From SAR324 cluster bacterium (GTDB lineage Bacteria; SAR324; NAC60-12): 32,000 nt of DNA. The notes beneath the pieces were generated by a model, which did no database searches, had not been told where the DNA came from, and was given only the letters and a program-made list of their open reading frames with translations. Below, one piece after another: positions 8,649 to 16,578 of this stretch. The translations under genes and the position numbers were made by a program. Position 1 is the first letter of the stretch; every line of letters starts with the position of its first letter. The stretch lies in NCBI GenBank assembly GCA_015232315.1, contig JADFZZ010000032.1, forward strand, positions 796-32,795, written 5' to 3'.

Positions 8649-10094
8649 TCAAGCCCCCAAAATTGCACCACCACACACTCGGATCACTTCCCCGGTAACG
8701 CCCTGGGCTCCCGGTGTGGCCAGAAAAGCAATGGCCTGTCCTACGTCTTCCGGTTGGCCGCCTTGCCCCAGATTGTTCATACGGCGACCCACTTCACGGA
8801 TCGCTACCGGAATAGCCTCTGTCAGGCGAGTCTCAATGAATCCCGGTGCGATCGCGTTGACGGTGATTCCTCGATCAGCCACCAGATTGGACAAATGCCG
8901 GACGAATCCGATAATTCCCGCTTTTGAGGCAGAATAGTTGGTTTGTCCCCGATTGCCGGCAATCCCTGCAATAGAAGACAGACAAATGATCCGTCCTTCA
9001 TCTCTGAGAGTGCCTTTCAGCAATTGTTCCGTGATCCTCAGGACAGCGCCGAGATTGACATCGACAGCCTGATTCCAATATTCAGGAGTCATTCTGGCAA
9101 TGGTTTTGTCACGGGTGATGCCCGCGTTATGAACAACAATATCCACACCACCATACGTTTTTTTCAGATAATCTGAAATTTGCTGAGGCGCATCCGCTTG
9201 AGTGACATCCACCAGCAGAACATCACCATTGATTTCACGGGCAAGCTGACTGGCTGGTCCATCATCTGCCGGTCGGTCAAGACACACGACTCTTGCACCT
9301 TCCCGTGCCAGAATTTTTGCGGTGGCGGCACCAATCCCTCGGGCCGCGCCTGTCACCAGTGCGACCTTTCCATCGAGTTGTGAAGTCCAGGCGGGTTTGT
9401 CTTTGGAGGCCTTAGCCGTATTGCTGAGTGTGACAGGTTGCCCTGAGATATACGCGGATCGGGGCGACATGAAAAAACGTAAGGCGCCAGGCAGTCGTGA
9501 AACACAATCTTCGGAAACATAAATCAGTTGAGCGATGGAACCATTATTGCCGATTTCCTTGGCAATACTGCGGGTGAATCCGCTCAAGGCCCCCTGCACG
9601 GAAGCCCGTGAGATGTCGGCTTTGATGCTGGACGGATTGCATCCTACGATCACGATTCTCCCTGATTTTTCCATTTTGGTCGCAAGCGGATGAAAAAAAT
9701 CATACACCTGTTTGAATTCTTCAGGAGAAGAAATGCCGGTTGCGTCAAAAACAAGAACCTTGAATTTTTGATTTTCCGCGGGTTTTCCGGAAATATCGAG
9801 TTTCTGGATGGGTTGTCCGTAAGCTTCTGTAGGTTCGTTGAAGGCCGTCAGGCTTTTTGAGTCGCCCGCTACATGCAGGGACGCTCCGGCTTCTGCCAGC
9901 GTCGTGGCAATTTCCGAGGCGGCAAAACTTCCTGCGGCCACATAAATGCCAGCCTGCTGATTGGCCAGTATTCGAACTTTCCACGAGTCTTGATCGCGCT
10001 CAAGTGCCTGTGGCATGGGAATTGGCAGACCAAGAGATTTAATCCATTTCCGTGCTTGTGGATTTTTGCCTAGCTCAAGTAAGAAATCACTCAT
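8649..10094 (-). CDS. High-molecular-weight 3-oxoacyl-ACP/CoA reductase (FabG4-like, SDR)
   Basis: 481 aa; KVALVTGAARGIGAATAK, HNAG, SSIAGIAGNRGQTNYSASKAG and NAIAPGFIETRLTEAI in the C-terminal half, with an extra about 200-aa N-terminal domain as in HMwFabG proteins. Confidence 0.88.
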   Translation of the reverse strand: MSDFLLELGKNPQARKWIKSLGLPIPMPQALERDQDSWKVRILANQQAGIYVAAGSFAASEIATTLAEAGASLHVAGDSKSLTAFNEPTEAYGQPIQKLDISGKPAENQKFKVLVFDATGISSPEEFKQVYDFFHPLATKMEKSGRIVIVGCNPSSIKADISRASVQGALSGFTRSIAKEIGNNGSIAQLIYVSEDCVSRLPGALRFFMSPRSAYISGQPVTLSNTAKASKDKPAWTSQLDGKVALVTGAARGIGAATAKILAREGARVVCLDRPADDGPASQLAREINGDVLLVDVTQADAPQQISDYLKKTYGGVDIVVHNAGITRDKTIARMTPEYWNQAVDVNLGAVLRITEQLLKGTLRDEGRIICLSSIAGIAGNRGQTNYSASKAGIIGFVRHLSNLVADRGITVNAIAPGFIETRLTEAIPVAIREVGRRMNNLGQGGQPEDVGQAIAFLATPGAQGVTGEVIRVCGGAILGA

Positions 10095-10128
10095 GAAACT
10101 CCTTTACAGTATTCAGGTTGAGAGAAAG

Positions 10129-11022
10129 TTATTGCATTTCAAAATGACCTGTCAGATAGGCCGGTCCTCCGGGAGCATCTCCCACAAACACTTCATTTTT
10201 TTCTGTCACAAACAATCCAACTTTTGCTGGAAGCACCAACGGTCTGGTGAATTTCACATCGAACACCTTGATTTTACGACCATCGGCTCCGCAAATGCGG
10301 TTCACGCCTTCCATCGCTCTGGCCATGGTTCCAAAGCCATGCAGAATGGTGCTTTTAAATCCGGAGGCCCTGGCATAGGAAGGGATCCAGTGGATGGGGT
10401 TAAAATCGCCTGTAAGCTTGGCAAAATCGAGCCCCGCGTGGGCACTCAGTTTCCAGAATCCAATTTCCCGAACGTTTTTGGGAACCCTTGCAGGCTCGGA
10501 TTTCTTCCCGCCTTCTTCTTTTTTGTGGGGCAAGGGAACAATCGCATATAAATGAGCTGTCAGCGCGTTGGGTGTTGAAGCGGTTCCTGTAATAATTTTC
10601 TGGTGCAGAACAGCGCGTTTGCCATTGTCATTAACATCTTCAAGGCGTGCTGTGATCTGGAGGGGTTCATTGTTGGGCAGGGGGTGATTGACTTCAATCC
10701 TGCAACCGCCATTCATGACTTTCATTAACGGATAAGGGACACCGCACAGAGTTTGAGAGGCAAGTCCGAAGGCCCATTGAGGAAACAAATGGGGCGGAAG
10801 TTCTTTCTTGTACATTCCGGGATCCCCACCAACATGTCGAATGTAATCATTCACCAGATCCAGCGAGCGTGGCGGTAATGTTTTCTGGATTTCCGGCCCT
10901 GGTATAGTGATAGCAGAGCCCTGCCTGTGATCAAAACGCTGCATGAACGCGGTCAATACGGTTTTCCCCATGCCAGCGAGGACTGTCCCCTGTTTGAGTA
11001 TATGCCTGCTTGAAACACCCAT
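10129..11022 (-). CDS. MaoC-like (R)-hydratase family protein
   Basis: C-terminal FAKLTGDFNPIHWIPSYARASGFKSTILHGFGTMARAMEG is the MaoC/hydratase-2 signature. AAAGG upstream of ATG 11022; same strand and closely spaced with the FabG-like gene. Confidence 0.85.
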   Translation of the reverse strand: MGVSSRHILKQGTVLAGMGKTVLTAFMQRFDHRQGSAITIPGPEIQKTLPPRSLDLVNDYIRHVGGDPGMYKKELPPHLFPQWAFGLASQTLCGVPYPLMKVMNGGCRIEVNHPLPNNEPLQITARLEDVNDNGKRAVLHQKIITGTASTPNALTAHLYAIVPLPHKKEEGGKKSEPARVPKNVREIGFWKLSAHAGLDFAKLTGDFNPIHWIPSYARASGFKSTILHGFGTMARAMEGVNRICGADGRKIKVFDVKFTRPLVLPAKVGLFVTEKNEVFVGDAPGGPAYLTGHFEMQ

Positions 11023-11213
11023 GAACACCTTTCGAATCAGTTTTTATGTGTTTTAATAAAATTTATTAATATCAAATATATATTAATAATAATTAAGCGG
11101 ACACTTGTTCATTAGAGCAAATGTTCTACGCTGATCATCCTGAAAAATCAATGAGAAAATTTATTGAAAGTGGGGGGCTTTTCTTGTCGAAATATTGTGT
11201 TTTTATGACGGGA

Positions 11214-12080
11214 CTATTCAAAATCGATAATTCCGGTGATTTTCCACATGTGCCCACCGAGTCCGACATATTCAGCTTCGGGAGTTGTTGTGATCAATCT
11301 GCTGTGATAAAAAGGATTCCACAATACGGGATTGTTATCCAAAAGCCAGAATTCAGCGCTCAATCCCCAGCCTTGCTGACCTTTCAGGGTTAATCCCGCT
11401 CGCTGAAAGCCAATCAGGGAATCAGCCACAAAGTGATCATAGCGTTCTTCCAGATCGTCCACCGGAATTTTTGTACCATCCTCCCGAAACGCTGTATGGA
11501 GTGTGCTTTCCACATGCATGGCCCCGACTCCCGCAAATAAACGAAGGGGAGGCGGTAACAATGAGTCCTCTGCGTAAAATGAAAATGCTATATAATAATA
11601 ATGTGTCCTTAAGTGAATCATCGGGGTGGACTGGATGGGATCATTCTGGACATTTTTTGAGGTATTATCCGTAAGCCATGTGTTGGTATACCCACCTGTC
11701 CAACTCAACGCGGAGATGATTGAGGATTCCAGCGATATCAAATATTCTATAGAAAATGGTGGCAGAGAATGCGCAAGCTTCCCCCATCTGGACTCTTCAG
11801 CTTCAGTGTGCCGATCTTTTGAAAGCCCCCCGACGTTGGCCCAGGAGGCATTGAAGGAGCCGCCCCCATCCCGGAATTTTTCATTTCCTGTCATGACATA
11901 AAACGGATGTTCTGTGTATCCCTGATAGGTCATTTCCAGCAATCCAACCTGCCACCATGTTTTTGTTTCTCCTGAAGCTGTTGTCTCAGGTAATAATTCA
12001 GATGGTTCCTGGGCCAGAGCCACTGTGGTCCATGCAATCAGAATCCAGATACGCCATAACCAGTGTTTTATACGTTTCAT
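11214..12080 (-). CDS. Secreted or outer-membrane hypothetical protein
   Basis: Signal peptide-like MKRIKHWLWRIWILIAWTTVALAQEPSE followed by alternating aromatic/hydrophobic stretches (HYYYIAFSFYAEDSLLPPPLRLFAGVGAMHVESTLH...). Start 12080 chosen from the signal peptide. Confidence 0.55.
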   Translation of the reverse strand: MKRIKHWLWRIWILIAWTTVALAQEPSELLPETTASGETKTWWQVGLLEMTYQGYTEHPFYVMTGNEKFRDGGGSFNASWANVGGLSKDRHTEAEESRWGKLAHSLPPFSIEYLISLESSIISALSWTGGYTNTWLTDNTSKNVQNDPIQSTPMIHLRTHYYYIAFSFYAEDSLLPPPLRLFAGVGAMHVESTLHTAFREDGTKIPVDDLEERYDHFVADSLIGFQRAGLTLKGQQGWGLSAEFWLLDNNPVLWNPFYHSRLITTTPEAEYVGLGGHMWKITGIIDFE

Positions 12081-12260
12081 TCCCGTTTTGTCCCATGAGG
12101 TGAGTGAATGGTAACAGTTTCTGTGCAAGACTATCGCTCTGCACTGAGTTTTCCTGTTTAGCGAAAAACAGGTTTGAAGGGCATCTTCATGCCACTGATA
12201 TCCTTCCCTGATACCAATAACTCCTTTTCTGTAAAAAAATAAAATTTTTAAAAAGGGGGA

Positions 12261-12288
12261 TTGACAAGAATTTTTTATTTGATATATT
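12261..12288 (+). promoter_or_regulatory. Sigma-70-type promoter of the Hsp20 operon
   Basis: TTGACA (12261-12266), 16-nt spacer, TATATT (12283-12288), immediately upstream of and overlapping CIRCE. Confidence 0.75.
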
Positions 12289-12313
12289 AGCACTCAAGTT
12301 AAGTGAGTGCTAA
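12287..12313 (+). promoter_or_regulatory. CIRCE operator (HrcA binding site)
   Basis: Exact TTAGCACTC-N9-GAGTGCTAA (spacer AAGTTAAGT), the consensus CIRCE inverted repeat. Confidence 0.96.
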
Positions 12314-12346
12314 TAATATTAAAAACATAAACATATGGAGGTTGAT

Positions 12347-12775
12347 ATGTGGAATAATTCACTCTCAAGAACAGTCAATGCAATGCTGTCGTTACAGGAT
12401 GCGCTTGATCGGGCACATGCCAATGATTTTTTCGGAGGCCACACCACCAGTCGCGGAGTGAATCCGCCTGTAAATCTGTTTGAAAAAGATGGAGATGTGG
12501 TGCTGGTTACTGAACTTCCTGGTGTGCATAAGGAAAACATCAAGATGGAGGTGAAGGAAAATATGATCCGGCTATCCGGTGAACGGAAACTGGATTATAG
12601 CGAAAATTGCAGTTGTCATCGCATGGAGCGTGGCGCATGGAAATTTGATCGATCCATCAAATTACCCTTCCGGGTTGATAATGATAAAATCAGGGCTGAA
12701 CTCAAAAACGGCTTGCTGGTGGTTTCTCTTCCCAGAGCCGAACAGGATAAACCACGGCAAATTGCCATCAATTGA
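12347..12775 (+). CDS. Hsp20/alpha-crystallin family small heat shock protein (1)
   Basis: PPVNLFEKDGDVVLVTELPGVHKENIKMEVKENMIRLSGERK...FDRSIKLPFRVDNDKIRAELKNGLLVVSLPR; GGAGG at 12337-12341, 5 nt before ATG 12347. Confidence 0.93.
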   Translation: MWNNSLSRTVNAMLSLQDALDRAHANDFFGGHTTSRGVNPPVNLFEKDGDVVLVTELPGVHKENIKMEVKENMIRLSGERKLDYSENCSCHRMERGAWKFDRSIKLPFRVDNDKIRAELKNGLLVVSLPRAEQDKPRQIAIN

Positions 12776-12816
12776 TAAATAATTATAATCACTGAACCAA
12801 TTGATCAGGAGGTCAT

Positions 12817-13224
12817 ATGAGTATCGAAAATAAAGATCTGAATAAAACAGAGCAGAATGTCACCAAAAAGGAATCTGGTGAGGAAAAAACTGTCGCAGGT
12901 CGATTTTATAGTCCACCGACAGATATCGTTGAAACCGATAAGTCGCTGATTGTGAATATGGACATGCCGGGAGTCTTGAAGGAAAATCTTGCTATCCGTC
13001 TGGAAAACCAGGTGCTGGAAGTGGAGGGACACATTGATTTCAGCCCGTATCAGGGATTGAATCCGATTTATACGGAATACAATGTTGGTCATTACACCCG
13101 CAAATTCACTGTATCCAGTTCGATTAATACGGATAAAATTGAAGCATCTCTCAATGATGGCGTTCTGACATTGACTTTGCCCAAGGCGGAAAAAGCACAG
13201 CCAAGACAGATTCAGATCAGTTGA
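12817..13224 (+). CDS. Hsp20/alpha-crystallin family small heat shock protein (2)
   Basis: PPTDIVETDKSLIVNMDMPGVLKENLAIRLENQVLEVEG...YTRKFTVSSSINTDKIEASLNDGVLTLTLPKAEKAQPRQIQIS; SD AGGAGG. Confidence 0.93.
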   Translation: MSIENKDLNKTEQNVTKKESGEEKTVAGRFYSPPTDIVETDKSLIVNMDMPGVLKENLAIRLENQVLEVEGHIDFSPYQGLNPIYTEYNVGHYTRKFTVSSSINTDKIEASLNDGVLTLTLPKAEKAQPRQIQIS

Positions 13225-13282
13225 CCATTGATAAGCCCTGTGCCTTGGAGCATGGGGCCTTCAGGAGAACAGGAGGATCTAT

Positions 13283-13474
13283 ATGAGAAAACAGCACGAG
13301 GAAAAGCAATTGACACATGAGGAAATTCAGCAGGCCATGCAAAATTTTCTCGCAAAAGGAAAATCCATTAAAATTCTGGCCCCACAGGAAATATACCAAC
13401 ATGATTATGTCGGTGGATACAACTGGGGACCTTATGAATCAATGGATTCTCTTGATTTTAATACGTTGTCATAA
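13283..13474 (+). CDS. 63-aa uncharacterised protein inside the Hsp20 operon
   Basis: MRKQHEEKQLTHEEIQQAMQNFLAKGKSIKILAPQEIYQHDYVGGYNWGPYESMDSLDFNTLS; strong AGGAGG Shine-Dalgarno; co-directional between hsp20 genes 2 and 3. Confidence 0.65.
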   Translation: MRKQHEEKQLTHEEIQQAMQNFLAKGKSIKILAPQEIYQHDYVGGYNWGPYESMDSLDFNTLS

Positions 13475-13533
13475 CAAAGGTTTCGCCTAATATTTCGAAG
13501 TATTATTCTTTACTTTTTATGCATGGAGGTCAT

Positions 13534-14055
13534 ATGTCATGGAAAGATTTGATCACATGGAATCAAAAAAAAGATGGATATAATAATCCTGTCAAAGTTG
13601 ACACTGCGATGGATCAACACCCGATGGTGATGTTTCATCGTGAAATGGACCGGCTATTTCAGGATTTTTTCAAGGATTTCTGGTCTCCCTCCACTTTCTG
13701 GGGCCGAGAGGGCGGCAGCATGTTTTCACCGAAACTGAATGTCAGTGAGGATGAAAAACAGATTGATGTGACTCTTGAAATTCCGGGGATGGACGAAAAG
13801 GACATTCGAATTTCCCTGAAGGATGACATTCTGTCCATCAAGGGAACGAAAAATCAGGAAAAAGAAGATAAGCAAAAAGAGTATCACCATATTGAGCGTT
13901 CCTATGGTTCGTTTCAACGATCCATTCAGTTGCCTTGTGAAGTACAGGCTGACAAAGTGCAGGCTTCCTTTAAAAAGGGCGTGTTGTCTGTGACGCTTCC
14001 CAAAGTTGAGAATGCACAATCCAGAGTACGAATCATCCCTGTTCAGGGCAACTGA
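13534..14055 (+). CDS. Hsp20/alpha-crystallin family small heat shock protein (3)
   Basis: FSPKLNVSEDEKQIDVTLEIPGMDEKDIRISLKDDILSIKGTKNQEKE...YHHIERSYGSFQRSIQLPCEVQADKVQASFKKGVLSVTLPK; GGAGG before ATG 13534. Confidence 0.95.
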   Translation: MSWKDLITWNQKKDGYNNPVKVDTAMDQHPMVMFHREMDRLFQDFFKDFWSPSTFWGREGGSMFSPKLNVSEDEKQIDVTLEIPGMDEKDIRISLKDDILSIKGTKNQEKEDKQKEYHHIERSYGSFQRSIQLPCEVQADKVQASFKKGVLSVTLPKVENAQSRVRIIPVQGN

Positions 14056-14061
14056 CACTAC

Positions 14062-14088
14062 GGTGGAGGCAAAACCACGGCCTCCACC
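14062..14088 (+). terminator. Hairpin after the Hsp20 operon, possible terminator
   Basis: GGTGGAGGC-AAAACCACG-GCCTCCACC, perfect 9-bp stem 6 nt after the hsp20-3 stop; the following T-tract is weak (CTTCTCGCC), so efficiency is uncertain. Confidence 0.5.
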
Positions 14089-14155
14089 CTTCTCGCCCCC
14101 CTCTTCACCCACAAATTCAAAAAAATTCCTAAAAAATTTCATCAACCTTTCTGAA

Positions 14156-14171
14156 TGGATTATTCTTTGCA
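14156..14171 (+). promoter_or_regulatory. Weak candidate sigma-54 promoter upstream of the motor-like operon
   Basis: TGGATTATTCTTTGCA keeps GG-N10-GC spacing and TTGCA but lacks the CAC after TGG. Confidence 0.25.
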
Positions 14172-14233
14172 AGAACAAAAATCAGAATTCTGCTGACTTC
14201 AGATTTAATAATTGTCTTCAAAGAAAAGGTCGG

Positions 14234-15211
14234 ATGAAACGGTTACTCATTACATTGATGTTATTATCATGCTGCTGGCTGACAGCCATGGCGGAAGAAA
14301 CAGAAAAATCCAGTATTTTCTGGGAGGATCGGGAGATTGGTCAACTGGAAAATATGACGCCGGAATTGCTGGCCGCTGTCAAGCGCATGCATAACCGGAT
14401 TCCCTCGGTCGCAATTTCGACCACCACCATCGATGAAAATCTGAGTCCCAAATTAAGAAGGGTTCTGGTTTCCCGATTGTATGAAATATTGACCACGGAT
14501 GTGGCCTTGAAAATCGGAAAATGCGATGAATGCGGGCAGATACGCAGTGAGCTTTCCGGAAGTTTTCTCAAAATCAGTCGCGGCATCGCGGAAGATGCCT
14601 ACCGACGTTCCAAAGCACGTGAACTGAATGTCGCAGGATTTCTGGACATTTCTGTTTTCATGAGCGAACGGCAACTTTCTGTCACCTTCACCGCTTATGA
14701 TGCCCAGGATGGAAAAATTGCGTTTTCGGAGATCATCACCGGTGATCCGGGTGGACGAACAGAATATACCAATATCTATCTGGGACGATTCAACATTCCA
14801 ATTGCCATTGATGGCACATCCATTGATCATTCAGCCTATATTCTTGGAATGGAACTTTCCAAGCGCATATCGGAATCATGGTTGTTTGCAGGAAATGTGG
14901 CACTTCTGACAGACAATAACAGCAAGTTGACCACCAAATATCCTGACAGTATTTCAGGATTGATGATTGACGGCACTGCCATGTATGAGATGGTTCAGGC
15001 TCTTGGCGGTCGTGCGACAATCGCGGGTGTATTGGGCATGGGGCAATTATTGGCTCCCGCCTTGACGTCACCGTTTTATGCTAAAGTCGGAACAAAAATC
15101 GCGGTAGGTGAGAAACTCACCATTAATCTGCATTATATGTCATTCATCCCTGCCTTGACGACTCCTGAAACAACTGGTGCGACGTATATGGCTTTAGGAT
15201 GGCAGTGGTAA
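14234..15211 (+). CDS. Secreted protein, possible CsgG/FlgO-like or envelope assembly factor
   Basis: Signal peptide MKRLLITLMLLSCCWLTAMAEE; VAISTTTIDENLSPKLRRVLVSRLYEILTT...ELNVAGFLDISVFMSERQLSVTFTAYDAQDGKIAFSEII has CsgG/FlgO-like character; GKCDECG motif. Co-directional with the downstream genes (41-nt gap). Confidence 0.6.
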   Translation: MKRLLITLMLLSCCWLTAMAEETEKSSIFWEDREIGQLENMTPELLAAVKRMHNRIPSVAISTTTIDENLSPKLRRVLVSRLYEILTTDVALKIGKCDECGQIRSELSGSFLKISRGIAEDAYRRSKARELNVAGFLDISVFMSERQLSVTFTAYDAQDGKIAFSEIITGDPGGRTEYTNIYLGRFNIPIAIDGTSIDHSAYILGMELSKRISESWLFAGNVALLTDNNSKLTTKYPDSISGLMIDGTAMYEMVQALGGRATIAGVLGMGQLLAPALTSPFYAKVGTKIAVGEKLTINLHYMSFIPALTTPETTGATYMALGWQW

Positions 15212-15252
15212 TCAAACACGGATGTTAATTCATAGATTCCAGGGAAGGTAGT

Positions 15253-16578
15253 ATGCGTCAATTTCGTAAATATGCGGCATGGCTGTTATTGACAGGAGGT
15301 CTCGCAGGATGTTCCTCCTCCGCTGAAGAGGTGGAAAGTGCCCCCAAAGTATCCAGACAAACCATTTATAATCAGTTCATTGATGGTGGAAAAAGCTCAA
15401 TCAGCGTTCTGGAGGAAACCATTGGTGGTAAAAAGCAGATCCGGATTGTGCTGAAAAAAGAGGGCGTTGATTCCAGCATCACACACCCTATCGACAATCC
15501 AAATTTCGTGATCGCAGTCCCACTGCATGATCCTACCAGTGCCAGAGTCGGTATTCAGACCATTGATTTTGAAAATGAAAAACGACGTTTGATTGAAGAA
15601 TTACTGCTGAGGTATATTCCACGTGATCGTTTCAATGTTTCCATTAAACTGTTTTGGGATGAAAAACGACTGGAAGAACTCCAACTCAAGGGGGTGCCAT
15701 TTCAAGAATCAATGGGAAGCACACAACCCGTCCCAACAGCATCAACCAAAGCGCCCGATAAATTGAATTATGAACTGGAACAGGCCGTGATTCGGCAGGA
15801 AACCAGGATTATGCTGGACAACACACTGCCAGCATATCAGGAAAAATTTGTCCGACTGCTACTGCCTTCCCAAACTTTTTTTGTCAAATCACGCGGAGAC
15901 ACGGCCACCGTGGAGCGTGTGATTTTCCCCAAGGCATCACCCGAAAGTATTGCGCCTGAGGAAGAACGACTGATCCGTGAAAAAGTACAGAAAATGATTC
16001 AGGAATATCTGAGTCAGGATGATTTTGTGGTCAATGTCCGGCTCAGTATGAAAGGTGGACAAAACATTCAGAGCATCACTGGACAGGGCGATCAGATTTC
16101 TGTGGCCTCCATGTCCACTGCAACGGATCAGGTGAGTGACCGCATGAATATCAATATCAATGTTCTGCTCAATGATCTGACCTCTCCGGATACCGATGAG
16201 TTTCTCCGCAACACGATTCCCTATGCCATTCACATGGACATGGCGGATGGCGACCAGTTGACCATCACCCGCAAACGGTTTCCGGAAAAAGATTATGGTC
16301 AGATTTCGCCACAACAGGTTGCGCAACTGGAAGAATACAAACGGGAAATTCTTACCGCTTTTGAATCAGGGAATTATGCAGGTGGCCTGGATCTGGTTAA
16401 AAAGGCCATGAAGATCAGTGTAAAACGGGACGACCGCCTGAGTTTGCTAAAAATGCAGGGGTCGCTGTATTTTCTGCTTCAGGACAAACAGCGTGCTCGC
16501 GAAACATGGGAGCATTTGATCAAACTTGATCCGGAAAACGAAGAAGCAAAACAAATGCTTATGAATTTGGTGAAATGA
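15253..16578 (+). CDS. Lipoprotein with repeated FliF/YscJ-collar-like modules and C-terminal TPR-like repeats
   Basis: Lipobox LAGC in MRQFRKYAAWLLLTGGLAGCSSS; DDFVVNVRLSMKGG...ININVLLNDLTSPDTDEFLRNTIPYAIHMDMADGDQLTI; TPR-like SLYFLLQDKQRARETWEHLIKLDPENEEAKQ. Confidence 0.6.
   Translation: MRQFRKYAAWLLLTGGLAGCSSSAEEVESAPKVSRQTIYNQFIDGGKSSISVLEETIGGKKQIRIVLKKEGVDSSITHPIDNPNFVIAVPLHDPTSARVGIQTIDFENEKRRLIEELLLRYIPRDRFNVSIKLFWDEKRLEELQLKGVPFQESMGSTQPVPTASTKAPDKLNYELEQAVIRQETRIMLDNTLPAYQEKFVRLLLPSQTFFVKSRGDTATVERVIFPKASPESIAPEEERLIREKVQKMIQEYLSQDDFVVNVRLSMKGGQNIQSITGQGDQISVASMSTATDQVSDRMNININVLLNDLTSPDTDEFLRNTIPYAIHMDMADGDQLTITRKRFPEKDYGQISPQQVAQLEEYKREILTAFESGNYAGGLDLVKKAMKISVKRDDRLSLLKMQGSLYFLLQDKQRARETWEHLIKLDPENEEAKQMLMNLVK

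Noticed and set aside
10015-10551. 178-aa plus-strand ORF
   Set aside because: Antisense to the MaoC-like and FabG-like genes, with no recognisable motifs.
14006-14233. N-terminal extension of the ORF starting at 14006
   Set aside because: This part overlaps hsp20-3 and its hairpin; the signal peptide after ATG 14234 marks the more likely start.
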